The notes below the pieces were generated by a model that did no database searches, was not told the origin of the DNA, and was given only the letters and a program-made list of their open reading frames with translations. From IMG/VR virus record IMGVR_UViG_3300021373_003070: a stretch of DNA of 64,000 nucleotides. One strand, given 5' to 3'. Positions 45,563-54,569 of the stretch are shown here, in pieces. The stretch comes from a virus. Made by a program: the position numbers and the translations under genes. The first letter of the stretch is position 1; every line of letters begins with the position of its first letter.

Positions 45563-46978
45563 ATGATGATGACTAGTGATGCTTCAATTGAAAGAATTAT
45601 ATTTGCAAACTTGCTGTCTAACGAAGGCTATATTCGAGCAACACTTCCATTTATAAAAGAAGAATACTTCCCTCAACAGGAGTATCGAATTGTTTATAAA
45701 TTGATTGCCGAGTACTTCGCAAAGTATAACAAGTGTGCACCAGCTTCTGCACTCAAGATTGAACTTGATGAACTACAAATTGCAGATGGACTATATCGAG
45801 ACACTCTCGAGTTTCTTATCAACATATCGCAAGATAAAGTTGAAACTGACTATGATTGGTTGATTGAGAATACCGAGAAATATTGTCAAGATAAAGCAAT
45901 CTACAACGCCATCATGGAATCGATTCAGATTATTGATGGTAAGTCTGATCAAGATAAAGGTGCATTACCTAATCTACTTGCTGATGCTCTTGGTGTCTCG
46001 TTCGATACCAATATCGGTCATGACTTTCTCGAAGATTACAATGATCGATACGACTTCTATCATAAAACGGTAGAACGCATTCCATTTGATATCGACTATC
46101 TCAATCGTATCACTCGTGGTGGCATACCTCGTAAAACATTAAACGTCATCTTAGCTGGCACCGGTGTTGGTAAAACATTGTTGATGTGTCACTTCGCCGC
46201 TGCTAATATGATGGCTGGTAAGAATGTGTTGTACATTACTTTAGAGATGGCCGAAGAACGTATCTCTGAACGTATCGATGCTAACTTGATGTCAGTACCA
46301 TTGAATGATCTCGAGACATACCCACGCGAGACCTATGAGACTAAAATACAACGTATAAGTAATAAGACGACTGGTAAACTTATCGTCAAAGAATATCCGA
46401 CTGCGTCGGTTGGATCTGGCCACTTTAGGCACCTCTTAAATGAATTGAAGTTGAAGAAAAAGTTTACCCCTGATATTATCTATATCGATTATCTGAATCT
46501 GTGTACATCATCTCGTATTAAAGGTGGTGCTAATGTAAACAGCTACACGCTTGTGAAGGCGATAGCAGAAGAATTGAGAGGACTCGCAGTTGAATACAAC
46601 TTACCGATTTTTACGGCAACGCAGACAAATCGAACAGGCTTCTCGTCGTCGGATGTGGGTCTCGAAGACACCAGTGAATCCTTCGGATTGCCCGCTACTG
46701 CAGACTTTATGTTTGCCGCGATCTCTTCGGAAGAACTTGAATCACTCAACCAACTCCTCATCAAACAGCTCAAAAACCGTTACAATGATCCCGGTATGCA
46801 CCGTCGATTCGTAGTCGGTGTTGATCGAGCTCGTATGAAAATCTATGATGTTGAACAAGGTGCTCAAGATAATGTTGGCAAAGACATTGATGACAAACCA
46901 GTCATGGATAACACAGACTTCGGTCGAGGTTTAAAAGCAGAAAAATTTAATAAGGACGTATTTGACTCGTGGAAATAG
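45563..46978 (+). CDS. gp41: Replicative helicase gp41
   Basis: AGTGVGKT, YITLEMAEE, IDYLN, ATQTNR, SESFGLPATAD, QLKNRY. Confidence 0.97.
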   Translation: MMMTSDASIERIIFANLLSNEGYIRATLPFIKEEYFPQQEYRIVYKLIAEYFAKYNKCAPASALKIELDELQIADGLYRDTLEFLINISQDKVETDYDWLIENTEKYCQDKAIYNAIMESIQIIDGKSDQDKGALPNLLADALGVSFDTNIGHDFLEDYNDRYDFYHKTVERIPFDIDYLNRITRGGIPRKTLNVILAGTGVGKTLLMCHFAAANMMAGKNVLYITLEMAEERISERIDANLMSVPLNDLETYPRETYETKIQRISNKTTGKLIVKEYPTASVGSGHFRHLLNELKLKKKFTPDIIYIDYLNLCTSSRIKGGANVNSYTLVKAIAEELRGLAVEYNLPIFTATQTNRTGFSSSDVGLEDTSESFGLPATADFMFAAISSEELESLNQLLIKQLKNRYNDPGMHRRFVVGVDRARMKIYDVEQGAQDNVGKDIDDKPVMDNTDFGRGLKAEKFNKDVFDSWK

Positions 46979-47166
46979 TAGAAGTAATCTATAAGCACTG
47001 GAAGTCAGGACAGCAGCTAAGTTGTGTTGGCGAAATAGTGCCTAAGTATAACAATGATGCATCAGACAGACTGATTGTGAAGACAGGTGATGCTTTCGAA
47101 GACATTATTAAGAAGACTATTATTGAGGTAAGACCGTATAATGCTAGAACCAATTTTCCTGTGTAG
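46969..47166 (+). CDS. Hypothetical protein
   Basis: Overlaps both neighbours. Confidence 0.5.
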   Translation: MEIVEVIYKHWKSGQQLSCVGEIVPKYNNDASDRLIVKTGDAFEDIIKKTIIEVRPYNARTNFPV

Positions 47167-47728
47167 TACACTCACAACAATGATACCTGATGTCGACAAT
47201 AAGGTGTTGGCTGAACAGATTTATGCGCTCAAAGATAAGAAGCAATACACTGATGAGAAACACACATTCAATGAAGACAGCGATTATCCAGACACACCTG
47301 AGTGTGAAGCATTAGTAGATCTCATCGATCATTACATACAAGAGAATGTGCATTCGAAGTTTATTACATGGACAAAGTGGTCGCATATCATTGAACCACG
47401 TGAGCAGACAATGATGCATACTCATACCAATCGAGAGCTGCCAATCACACAGCTATCATGGGTATATTATGTCGACGTGCCAGAAAATTCAGGTGATCTT
47501 GGATTTGTTTTGAATGTTGGTAAGAAGTCAGTGCATCGAGATATCACACCAGAGACTGGTATGCTAGTCGTATTTCCAGATTGGATACCACACTTCACTT
47601 ACAAAAACAACAGTGATAAAGCAAGAATCTCTGTGAGTGGTAACTCGTATCCTGCAGTCGATGACATACAAAGATGTTATGACGATCCAGAAAATTTATA
47701 TAATATAGTGGGTATCGCAAATGATTGA
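47141..47728 (+). CDS. 2OG-Fe(II) oxygenase
   Basis: HTH, SWVYYV, SGDL, VFP.W.PH, RISVSGN. Confidence 0.85.
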   Translation: MLEPIFLCSTLTTMIPDVDNKVLAEQIYALKDKKQYTDEKHTFNEDSDYPDTPECEALVDLIDHYIQENVHSKFITWTKWSHIIEPREQTMMHTHTNRELPITQLSWVYYVDVPENSGDLGFVLNVGKKSVHRDITPETGMLVVFPDWIPHFTYKNNSDKARISVSGNSYPAVDDIQRCYDDPENLYNIVGIAND

Positions 47729-48005
47729 ATACAAATTTAGAGAGAATGAATTACTCAGTGAGTTCATGGCATACATTGACTCGACATATGATCAACACTA
47801 TTCCAAGAATGGTAAGCAAACATTGGAATCGATCATTCGTGATGGTCATGGTACAGGTTTCTGCATGGGTAATCTACAAAAGTACAAAGACAGATATGGT
47901 GAGAAAGGCGATACGCCTGACGAGTGGCGTAAGGACCTCATTAAAGTAATGCACTATGCATTGTTTCAACTTTATATCCATGACGAGGAACATAATGCAA
48001 CTTAA
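47721..48005 (+). CDS. DUF3310-like protein
   Basis: TY.QHY, GFCMGN..KY..RYG.KG, DL.K..HY. Confidence 0.75.
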   Translation: MIEYKFRENELLSEFMAYIDSTYDQHYSKNGKQTLESIIRDGHGTGFCMGNLQKYKDRYGEKGDTPDEWRKDLIKVMHYALFQLYIHDEEHNAT

Positions 48006-48681
48006 AATGATACCGACTGTTGAAGGATCTATTCGACAGCTTTTCTCAGAATACGAATGGATTGATGGCTTTCCAATACTAAAAGGAAAGCTGCATCCTG
48101 TTGTGCATCAGGAATTTATTGATGAGGCACGCAGACTCGAAAAGCAGATGTTTCATCCTGACTTAGGCAAACTAAAGTATCATCTTAATGTTGGTCAGAA
48201 TCTTGGCCAAGCATCTATTCCAAAGCATCGTCTGAATGATGGCTTTTCCTTGCATTATATTACTGCACTCGCATCTCACTTCTTAGCTGAGTTTGGCTTC
48301 TGTGATTTTCAGGATGCATGGAGTAAAGGTCAACTACTCATGTCAAGTCATCCACAGAATCAGGAGTCTTCGTGGTGGCTTAATTGGTCAGACAAAACAA
48401 GTATTAACGAACGACACAACCATCCTACCAGTCTCACATCAGTGCTCTACGTAGAGAATACACAGCTAGCCAGCACATTCTTCTACATGGATGATGAGTC
48501 TAAAGTATACGAACACAAGCCAGAAGACGGCACGATCGTCCTCTTTCCCGGCTGGTTAGAACATTCGGTATCACCTATTGATTCTGATGGTGTACGTATC
48601 ACCGCAGCATGCAATCTAAACTTTTATGCAGCATATTCTGATTACACTGGCAACATTAGTCAGTGGGAAAAAATATACTAA
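47995..48681 (+). CDS. 2OG-Fe(II) oxygenase
   Basis: HNH, SVLYV, LFPGWLEHSV, RIT.A.N. Confidence 0.8.
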   Translation: MQLKMIPTVEGSIRQLFSEYEWIDGFPILKGKLHPVVHQEFIDEARRLEKQMFHPDLGKLKYHLNVGQNLGQASIPKHRLNDGFSLHYITALASHFLAEFGFCDFQDAWSKGQLLMSSHPQNQESSWWLNWSDKTSINERHNHPTSLTSVLYVENTQLASTFFYMDDESKVYEHKPEDGTIVLFPGWLEHSVSPIDSDGVRITAACNLNFYAAYSDYTGNISQWEKIY

Positions 48682-48712
48682 AATGTAATTATTTACATAA
48701 AAAAGTTTAAAT

Positions 48713-48807
48713 AAAAGTCTTTATAAATCATAGACTTGCAACTCTTTAAAAACTCTAATGAAATCAATAACTTAGAGTTGTACTTTCCTGCAACCACTTG
48801 ATATAAT
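48713..48807 (+). promoter_or_regulatory. Early promoter cassette with two IHF-consensus sites (copy 2)
   Basis: AATCAT-AGAC-TTG at 48726 (one mismatch), AATCAA-TAAC-TTA at 48762; TGTACT-N17-TATAAT. Confidence 0.75.
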
Positions 48808-48843
48808 TCTTCTTGTCAAATGGAAAAACACAGGAAAAAACAC

Positions 48844-49503
48844 ATGTCAAATCCAACTTTCAACGCAGAAATGGTCTCAGAAATCGCAGCTGGTGGTTAC
48901 AATGTTTTTGAGTTCGCAAACGAAAAGTACTTCTGGTCAGCACCTGTTCGAGTTAGTGCTCGTATCGGCTACAAGGCTATCGACACTTCAGACCGCAGCC
49001 TAGGCTTCGAAGATACTCTCGAGCTTGATCTCACTAACTCATCTGGTGGCACCAACGGTCTTGACTGTGTCGAAACTGCTGAAGCTATGATGACTCTATT
49101 GCACGAAGCTGTGATGTTGGTCGAAGAACTTCGCGCTAACAAAGATGTTATCATCGCTGAATATCGTGCACAGATGGAAGCACGCCTCGAAGCTGATCGT
49201 CAGGCTGAAGCTGCAGCTCAAGCTAAGATCAACGCTGACACCACAATCGGTACTCAACGAGCAAAGCAAATCGTTCAGACTTTGTTTGAGAATGCTAAGA
49301 AAAACGATCACGATCATGTCAATATTCGTCGACGTGGTGAAGATGTTAACGAAGTTTTCCATGCTCAGTTCACTGGCTCAATCGTTGCATTCTCTGAGCG
49401 TGGCAAGTTCCGTCGATTCACACGTATTCGTCGCTCAGCACTGATCGCTAAGATCGCGAAGATGGCTGAGGTTGTTGAAACTAAAGAGCAGGCCGCGGCA
49501 TAG
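48844..49503 (+). CDS. Early hypothetical protein
   Basis: CAGGA RBS; behind the cassette. Confidence 0.7.
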   Translation: MSNPTFNAEMVSEIAAGGYNVFEFANEKYFWSAPVRVSARIGYKAIDTSDRSLGFEDTLELDLTNSSGGTNGLDCVETAEAMMTLLHEAVMLVEELRANKDVIIAEYRAQMEARLEADRQAEAAAQAKINADTTIGTQRAKQIVQTLFENAKKNDHDHVNIRRRGEDVNEVFHAQFTGSIVAFSERGKFRRFTRIRRSALIAKIAKMAEVVETKEQAAA

Positions 49504-49561
49504 TCGCGGTTGTTATATGCTTATAACAAAAAAGTCTAAGAAAAAGTGAAAAAAGTTATTG

Positions 49562-49656
49562 AAAAAGTCTTTACAAATCAACGACTTGCAAGTGCTCAGA
49601 AAGTCTTTATAAATCAATAACTTAGAGATGTACATCTACACTCAGTGTAGTATAAT
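49562..49656 (+). promoter_or_regulatory. Early promoter cassette with two IHF-consensus sites (copy 3)
   Basis: AATCAA-CGAC-TTG at 49576, AATCAA-TAAC-TTA at 49612; TGTACA-N16-TATAAT. Confidence 0.75.
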
Positions 49657-49691
49657 AGATCCATCAAATCAAAGAAAACAGGTAAAAAACT

Positions 49692-50036
49692 ATGGCAACA
49701 TTCACTATCCACCAGCTAGATCGCGACCTTCCAGATACAAATCTTGACGCGTTCTATCGTTTGTCTTTCAACTCAGATCGCTTTCAGCCTGAAGACTTTC
49801 AATTCTTCAATCCTGTTGCTCGTGTTGAAGCTAACGATATGGAAGAAGTGTTTGACATCAGCAACCGCCTCGGCTTCGTAACCGCTGAGGCTATTCGTGA
49901 CGAGCTCAATCAAAAGCTTCGTCGTTTCATGCCTATGCACTCAATGAGTGTTGGCGACATCATCGAGTGTCACACCGGTGATCATGAATATTACATTTGC
50001 GCAGACTTCGGTTTCGAAGCGATTTCTGTAGCATAA
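49692..50036 (+). CDS. YodL-like domain protein
   Basis: F.IHQL ... EEVF...N ... HSMSVGDII ... Y.C...GF. Confidence 0.65.
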   Translation: MATFTIHQLDRDLPDTNLDAFYRLSFNSDRFQPEDFQFFNPVARVEANDMEEVFDISNRLGFVTAEAIRDELNQKLRRFMPMHSMSVGDIIECHTGDHEYYICADFGFEAISVA

Positions 50037-50057
50037 ATACTTTTGGAGGAAATTGAT

Positions 50058-50348
50058 ATGAAGAAATTAGTAATAGCAGCGGTACTCACGGCATTCGCCT
50101 TCGAAGCAAATGCCAATCCACAAACTACACAGCAGACACAGCAGCCGACTGTAGCTCAACATCTTGAGTCTCAAGCGAAGAAAGCTGATCGTAAGCCATG
50201 TAACTATCGTGATCCACTCACTGGTCCTTGGTGTAATGTTATCGATCGCAATGTTCGTAAGGCGTCAGTTAACACACGCTATACTGTTGATCGTAAAATT
50301 CAACGTAATGTTGACAAGTTTTTACGAAAGCTCGAGAGGAAACTATAA
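50058..50348 (+). CDS. Small secreted protein
   Basis: GGAGG RBS, signal peptide MKKLVIAAVLTAFAFEANA. Confidence 0.65.
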   Translation: MKKLVIAAVLTAFAFEANANPQTTQQTQQPTVAQHLESQAKKADRKPCNYRDPLTGPWCNVIDRNVRKASVNTRYTVDRKIQRNVDKFLRKLERKL

Positions 50349-50515
50349 TGTTGTGGTTCAAGCGCGCCTTATTTTTATGTGTGTTTGTCCCACTTGCATT
50401 CATTTGGGATATGGTTTACTTACTCGTAAAAGTGCTGTATGATATATCAACTACCATCGATGAGGTTGGTGGTAATTATCTAGAGCGCATTCGCATTTTA
50501 TTATGGGAGAATTAA
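50348..50515 (+). CDS. Small membrane protein (55 aa, not in ORF track)
   Basis: MLWFKRALFLCVFVPLAFIWD...; coupled to both neighbours. Confidence 0.5.
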   Translation: MLWFKRALFLCVFVPLAFIWDMVYLLVKVLYDISTTIDEVGGNYLERIRILLWEN

Positions 50516-50680
50516 ATGAAAACAATTGTACAGGTTGAGATCGACGCAATGAATCGAGTTTTGGATTTGCTAGGATCAATGCCTTATAATCAAGTCGCAG
50601 GTCTCGTTGCAGACCTCAAAGAAAATTCAAAAGTCATTCAAGTTGAGGAGACCGTAGACGAAGAAGAAGCTACGGAATAG
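50516..50680 (+). CDS. Small hypothetical protein (54 aa, not in ORF track)
   Basis: GGGAG RBS; MKTIVQVEID...LGSMPYNQVAGLV. Confidence 0.55.
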   Translation: MKTIVQVEIDAMNRVLDLLGSMPYNQVAGLVADLKENSKVIQVEETVDEEEATE

Positions 50681-50683
50681 ATT

Positions 50684-51922
50684 ATGGGCAATAAAAGGAC
50701 TTACACGCCTGAGACTGTTCGCAGTCTACAGGGTAGCCGTGTACACGATTACACGTTTGCTCGCGAGCAAGCAGCTGAACTAAGAAGGTTGTTAAACGAT
50801 AACGATTATATCAACACGTTTGGAGCTTACAATGGACAGCAAGCCGTTCAACATGTCAAAGCAGGTCTTAAAGCCATTTATGTATCAGGATGGCAAGTGG
50901 CAGCCGCCGCTAACAGTGCTGATGAGGTTTATCCAGACCAGTCACTCTACTCAGTTAATTCTGTGCCTAATGTGGTACGCAATATTAATAATGCATTTCG
51001 GAGACAAGATCAAATCGAATATCTTGAATCCGGAGAAGGCTTCGTATATGCACCAATTATCGCAGATGCCGAAGCGGGATTTGGAGGAGTTTTAAATAGT
51101 TATGAATTGGCAAGAAATCTTATTGAGGCCGGCGCAGCTGCTGTCCACTTTGAAGATCAACTCGCATCTGAAAAGAAGTGCGGTCACTTGGGAGGAAAAG
51201 TTCTTATCCCTGTATCTCAAGCTGTGCGTAATCTTACTGCTGCCCGTCTCGCTAGTGATGTTTGTGGTACTGATACAGTGGTTATCGCACGAACTGATGC
51301 CGAGTCTGCTAAGTTACTTTCATCTGATGTAAGTGATGTAGACAAAAAGTATATCAAGCGAGCAGCCGGCCAAGGTAGTGCATCGATGAAGATGCGCACT
51401 TCAGAAGGCTTCTATCAAATCGAAGGTGGTATGGATCTGTGTATCGATCGTGGTCAAGTATATGCTGAGTATGCTGATCTTATTTGGTGCGAGACTTCAA
51501 AGCCATGTTTGAAAGAAGCAAAGCGATTCGCAGATGGTGTACGCGGTGCATTTCCAGATCAGATGTTGGCATACAATTGTTCGCCATCATTCAATTGGAG
51601 ATCTTCTATACCCGGTGATCAAGAACTGGCTGACTTCCAACGTGGATTGGCAGATCTTGGATTTAAATTTCAATTTATTACATTGGCTGGTTTTCATCAG
51701 ACAAATCACGCGATATTTGATTTTGCTAGGCGGTATAAAGATGAAGGTATGCTAGCTTACTCACAGCTGCAAGAAGCTGAATTTGATAGTGAACGTTATG
51801 GATACACAAGCACAAGACACCAACGAGAAGTCGGAGTTAGTTACTTTGATGCAATTACTCAAGCGTGTGGTTCCACTTCCACTGCTGCAATGGCAGGATC
51901 AACAGAAACGGACCAATTCTAA
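50684..51922 (+). CDS. aceA: Isocitrate lyase
   Basis: IYVSGWQVAA, YPDQSLY, PIIADAEAGFGG, HFEDQ...EKKCGH, ARTD, AYNCSPSFNW, HQREVG. Confidence 0.97.
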   Translation: MGNKRTYTPETVRSLQGSRVHDYTFAREQAAELRRLLNDNDYINTFGAYNGQQAVQHVKAGLKAIYVSGWQVAAAANSADEVYPDQSLYSVNSVPNVVRNINNAFRRQDQIEYLESGEGFVYAPIIADAEAGFGGVLNSYELARNLIEAGAAAVHFEDQLASEKKCGHLGGKVLIPVSQAVRNLTAARLASDVCGTDTVVIARTDAESAKLLSSDVSDVDKKYIKRAAGQGSASMKMRTSEGFYQIEGGMDLCIDRGQVYAEYADLIWCETSKPCLKEAKRFADGVRGAFPDQMLAYNCSPSFNWRSSIPGDQELADFQRGLADLGFKFQFITLAGFHQTNHAIFDFARRYKDEGMLAYSQLQEAEFDSERYGYTSTRHQREVGVSYFDAITQACGSTSTAAMAGSTETDQF

Positions 51923-51945
51923 TATTTGTATTTGGGACTTAGAAA

Positions 51946-52170
51946 ATGAAGGTTGAAATTGACATTAATTCTGATTTTGCTGATCTTCTGATCGTAGAAA
52001 ATTTAAAGCAGACAATCGCCGATCTCGAAGCTGATCTAAAACATCGTAGAGAAGGTGGAGGCATATCCATATTTTCAACCAATCAAAAACATGATATAAT
52101 TGAAATCGAACGGCATTTATATGCATTTAGATTAGCTCTTAGATATTATGGTGGACCTGAATATGAATAG
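51946..52170 (+). CDS. Hypothetical protein
   Basis: 74-aa ORF in an operon context. Confidence 0.55.
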   Translation: MKVEIDINSDFADLLIVENLKQTIADLEADLKHRREGGGISIFSTNQKHDIIEIERHLYAFRLALRYYGGPEYE

Positions 52171-52753
52171 ATTTATTATTGAAAATACACCTCAAGCATG
52201 TGCACAATCACACTGTGATAAGCACGTACCTAAGATGTATGTTGAAGAAGCACAGATGCTTTGTACTGTTCATCGTCTTCTCGATGGTGAGCTGACATAT
52301 GTGCCAGCTCTCGATAAGAAAGGCAATCAAGTCTATCTCAAATCAGGCGAGCCGCGAATGAAGAAACATTGGCGCTTACCTGATCATCGTGAAGATGTAC
52401 TGTACAAGGCTGCACATATGAAACATCCTTGTACTGTATGGGCAATGGAAACGGCTGGCAATTACAAGTATGCATATCAGTTTTTTCTGTATCTTGGCAT
52501 CGAGTACGGCTATCGTTACGGTAAACCACACAAGACTGATTCGCTTGACGGTTGGTTATGTGAATTACCTCACAACATCAATCCTTCTGAAGAGATTACA
52601 CCTATGCCACTTGCCATGGGTGCTAATCCCGAGTGTATTGATCATAGTGATGTCATTGGTTCGTATCGTAAGTTCTACCAAACTAAGCAGCATCGATTCA
52701 ACATGGTCTGGTCAAAACGTCCTGTTCCGGAGTGGTTCCAATTTGCTGCATGA
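52163..52753 (+). CDS. Pyrimidine-dimer DNA glycosylase-like (DenV/Pyr_excise-related) protein
   Basis: MN.F, HCDKHV.KM..E.AQ.L, HPCT.W, EY..RYGK.H, P.AM, YR..Y. Confidence 0.75.
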   Translation: MNRFIIENTPQACAQSHCDKHVPKMYVEEAQMLCTVHRLLDGELTYVPALDKKGNQVYLKSGEPRMKKHWRLPDHREDVLYKAAHMKHPCTVWAMETAGNYKYAYQFFLYLGIEYGYRYGKPHKTDSLDGWLCELPHNINPSEEITPMPLAMGANPECIDHSDVIGSYRKFYQTKQHRFNMVWSKRPVPEWFQFAA

Positions 52754-52791
52754 TAAATAGATTTGTTACGAATTAATTTGTCGGAGCTGCT

Positions 52792-53565
52792 ATGACAGAC
52801 GCAAGAGTATCAGACCTAGATGCTGATTTTATACAGCGTGCTACACGTGTCACATCTTTTAATTTAAGAGGTGAGGACATGGGTAGTCTAAAGTACAAGG
52901 CTGAGATTCAGCATTTGTACTCAACGTATGTATTTAAAGGATTTGATCTAAGTAAAACACTCAACACGATGGATGTTACAAAAGCAAACAACATCATTAA
53001 CGAGCTCAAATCTATTAACCGTCAAGGCTTTAATGACCTTTATGATTTTCAACCAAAGGGTGTTGGGCCGGGCGAAGCATTGTTGTATTTTATTATCGAT
53101 AGTGCAAGACTAGGTGGTGGTACATCAGCTGGTGTGGACATGCACATTGGATCTAAGGCATATGAAATTAAAGGTGCAAATATCACCGGCGATAAAAAGT
53201 ATGCCTACGGATTTAAGCTTGGTGGTACCGTCGACTTGACTGAAGCTGTAAATGCATCAGTTACATTTAAAGAAAAGCTCGGGTTCTCTACTCAAGGAAA
53301 GGGTAAGAACGAAGTAAATAAAGAGCAAATAGAAGCCATTAGAAAAGAGTTTCCAAAAGAGTGGAAGAAGATCGAAGCAGAGTATGGTCGCAAAGCTCAT
53401 GCCTATTTCGGTAGCATTCCAGTTATATTTTTTAACAATAATCGTTCTGGTTCTAAATTAACACAGGCTGCTGGGGGCATAGCTGCAGCCAAGGTTGTTA
53501 AGAAAGAAGATATCCAGATCGAACGTATTACACAAGGAACGATCAAACCGATTATACGCTTATGA
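52792..53565 (+). CDS. Hypothetical protein, possible PD-(D/E)xK nuclease fold
   Basis: GVGPGE ... VD......YEIK; late-like GATAAATA upstream. Confidence 0.5.
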   Translation: MTDARVSDLDADFIQRATRVTSFNLRGEDMGSLKYKAEIQHLYSTYVFKGFDLSKTLNTMDVTKANNIINELKSINRQGFNDLYDFQPKGVGPGEALLYFIIDSARLGGGTSAGVDMHIGSKAYEIKGANITGDKKYAYGFKLGGTVDLTEAVNASVTFKEKLGFSTQGKGKNEVNKEQIEAIRKEFPKEWKKIEAEYGRKAHAYFGSIPVIFFNNNRSGSKLTQAAGGIAAAKVVKKEDIQIERITQGTIKPIIRL

Positions 53566-53774
53566 AAAAATTTTGGATTATATTGGCCATGCTCCCGGCC
53601 TGTGTATCTGCTGAAAAAGATGAAAGAATTTGCATAGACTTTGGTAGTTATGTAATTGTAAGAGAAAAGTGTACGCCAATGTATGGAACTCTCATATGTG
53701 CGGACATAGAAGAAACGAGGACATGGTGTAAACTATATGCGGAAACGGAACCTGTTCGCCCAGAGTCAGACTAA
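53562..53774 (+). CDS. Small lipoprotein-like Cys-rich protein
   Basis: MKKFWIILAMLPAC. Confidence 0.55.
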   Translation: MKKFWIILAMLPACVSAEKDERICIDFGSYVIVREKCTPMYGTLICADIEETRTWCKLYAETEPVRPESD

Positions 53775-54315
53775 ATTTTTTAGATTCTTTGCTGATACTT
53801 TTTTTAGAAAGAAGTATGGACAAAGAGCTCTGGTATTAGAAACCGTAGCCGGTGTGCCGGGCATGGTCGGTGGTATGTTAACGCATCTGTATAGTTTACG
53901 TAAATTGCAACCGGGCAATGGCACAAAAATACATGAGTTGTTAGCTGAGGCTGAGAACGAGCGAAAGCATTTAATGTTCTTTATGGAGATTGTGCAGCCA
54001 ACAAAGCTCGAGCGATTTATTATTACGATCGCACAGTTAGTGTTCTGGCATTACTATCTCTTACTATATCTGATATCGCCAAAAACTGCACATTTGACGA
54101 TTGCATATTTCGAAGAAGAAGCAGTTAGAAGCTACACAGACTACATTAGTTTGATCGAGCTAGGTCAAATCGAGAATGTAGATGCACCACAGATCGCAAA
54201 AGATTATTACAATATGTTACCTGATGCTAAGTTGATTGATATGATTAAATACATACGAGAAGACGAAAGGGGCCACAGTGTGGCTAATTTTAGGTACGCA
54301 GATGAGTCATCTTGA
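53737..54315 (+). CDS. aox: Alternative oxidase (di-iron ubiquinol oxidase)
   Basis: LETVAGVPGMVG, EAENERKH, FEEEAV.SY, IREDE..H. Confidence 0.95.
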   Translation: MRKRNLFAQSQTKFFRFFADTFFRKKYGQRALVLETVAGVPGMVGGMLTHLYSLRKLQPGNGTKIHELLAEAENERKHLMFFMEIVQPTKLERFIITIAQLVFWHYYLLLYLISPKTAHLTIAYFEEEAVRSYTDYISLIELGQIENVDAPQIAKDYYNMLPDAKLIDMIKYIREDERGHSVANFRYADESS

Positions 54316-54439
54316 AGAAGAAGGCATGACATATTTTCAACATATGCGAAGAGCATGGTCAATTGCCTTCGTTTGTTTTGTACATGGATTGTTTCCGAAT
54401 GTATGGAAACACAAAGCGAGTGAGATAATTAATGGATGA
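54302..54439 (+). CDS. Small protein, DUF6356-like (45 aa, not in ORF track)
   Basis: HL...GMTYFQH.RRA...VHGLFP....AS. Confidence 0.55.
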   Translation: MSHLEEEGMTYFQHMRRAWSIAFVCFVHGLFPNVWKHKASEIING

Positions 54440-54569
54440 TATCGGACTGCTCGGTCTATTAGCAGTGTTCCTATGTCCGATGGTATTCGGTGGTATCACC
54501 ATGTACTACTCGCACGAAGCAATACATAAAGCAACTCTACAACGGTGGAAACAACATGAAGAAGTTTAA
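54432..54569 (+). CDS. Small membrane protein (45 aa, not in ORF track)
   Basis: MDDIGLLGLLAVFLCPMVFGG...; overlaps both neighbours. Confidence 0.5.
   Translation: MDDIGLLGLLAVFLCPMVFGGITMYYSHEAIHKATLQRWKQHEEV

Noticed and set aside
48713-49656. 36-bp periodic repeats as a CRISPR array
   Set aside because: Only two degenerate units per locus, no spacers or cas genes, and they abut promoters
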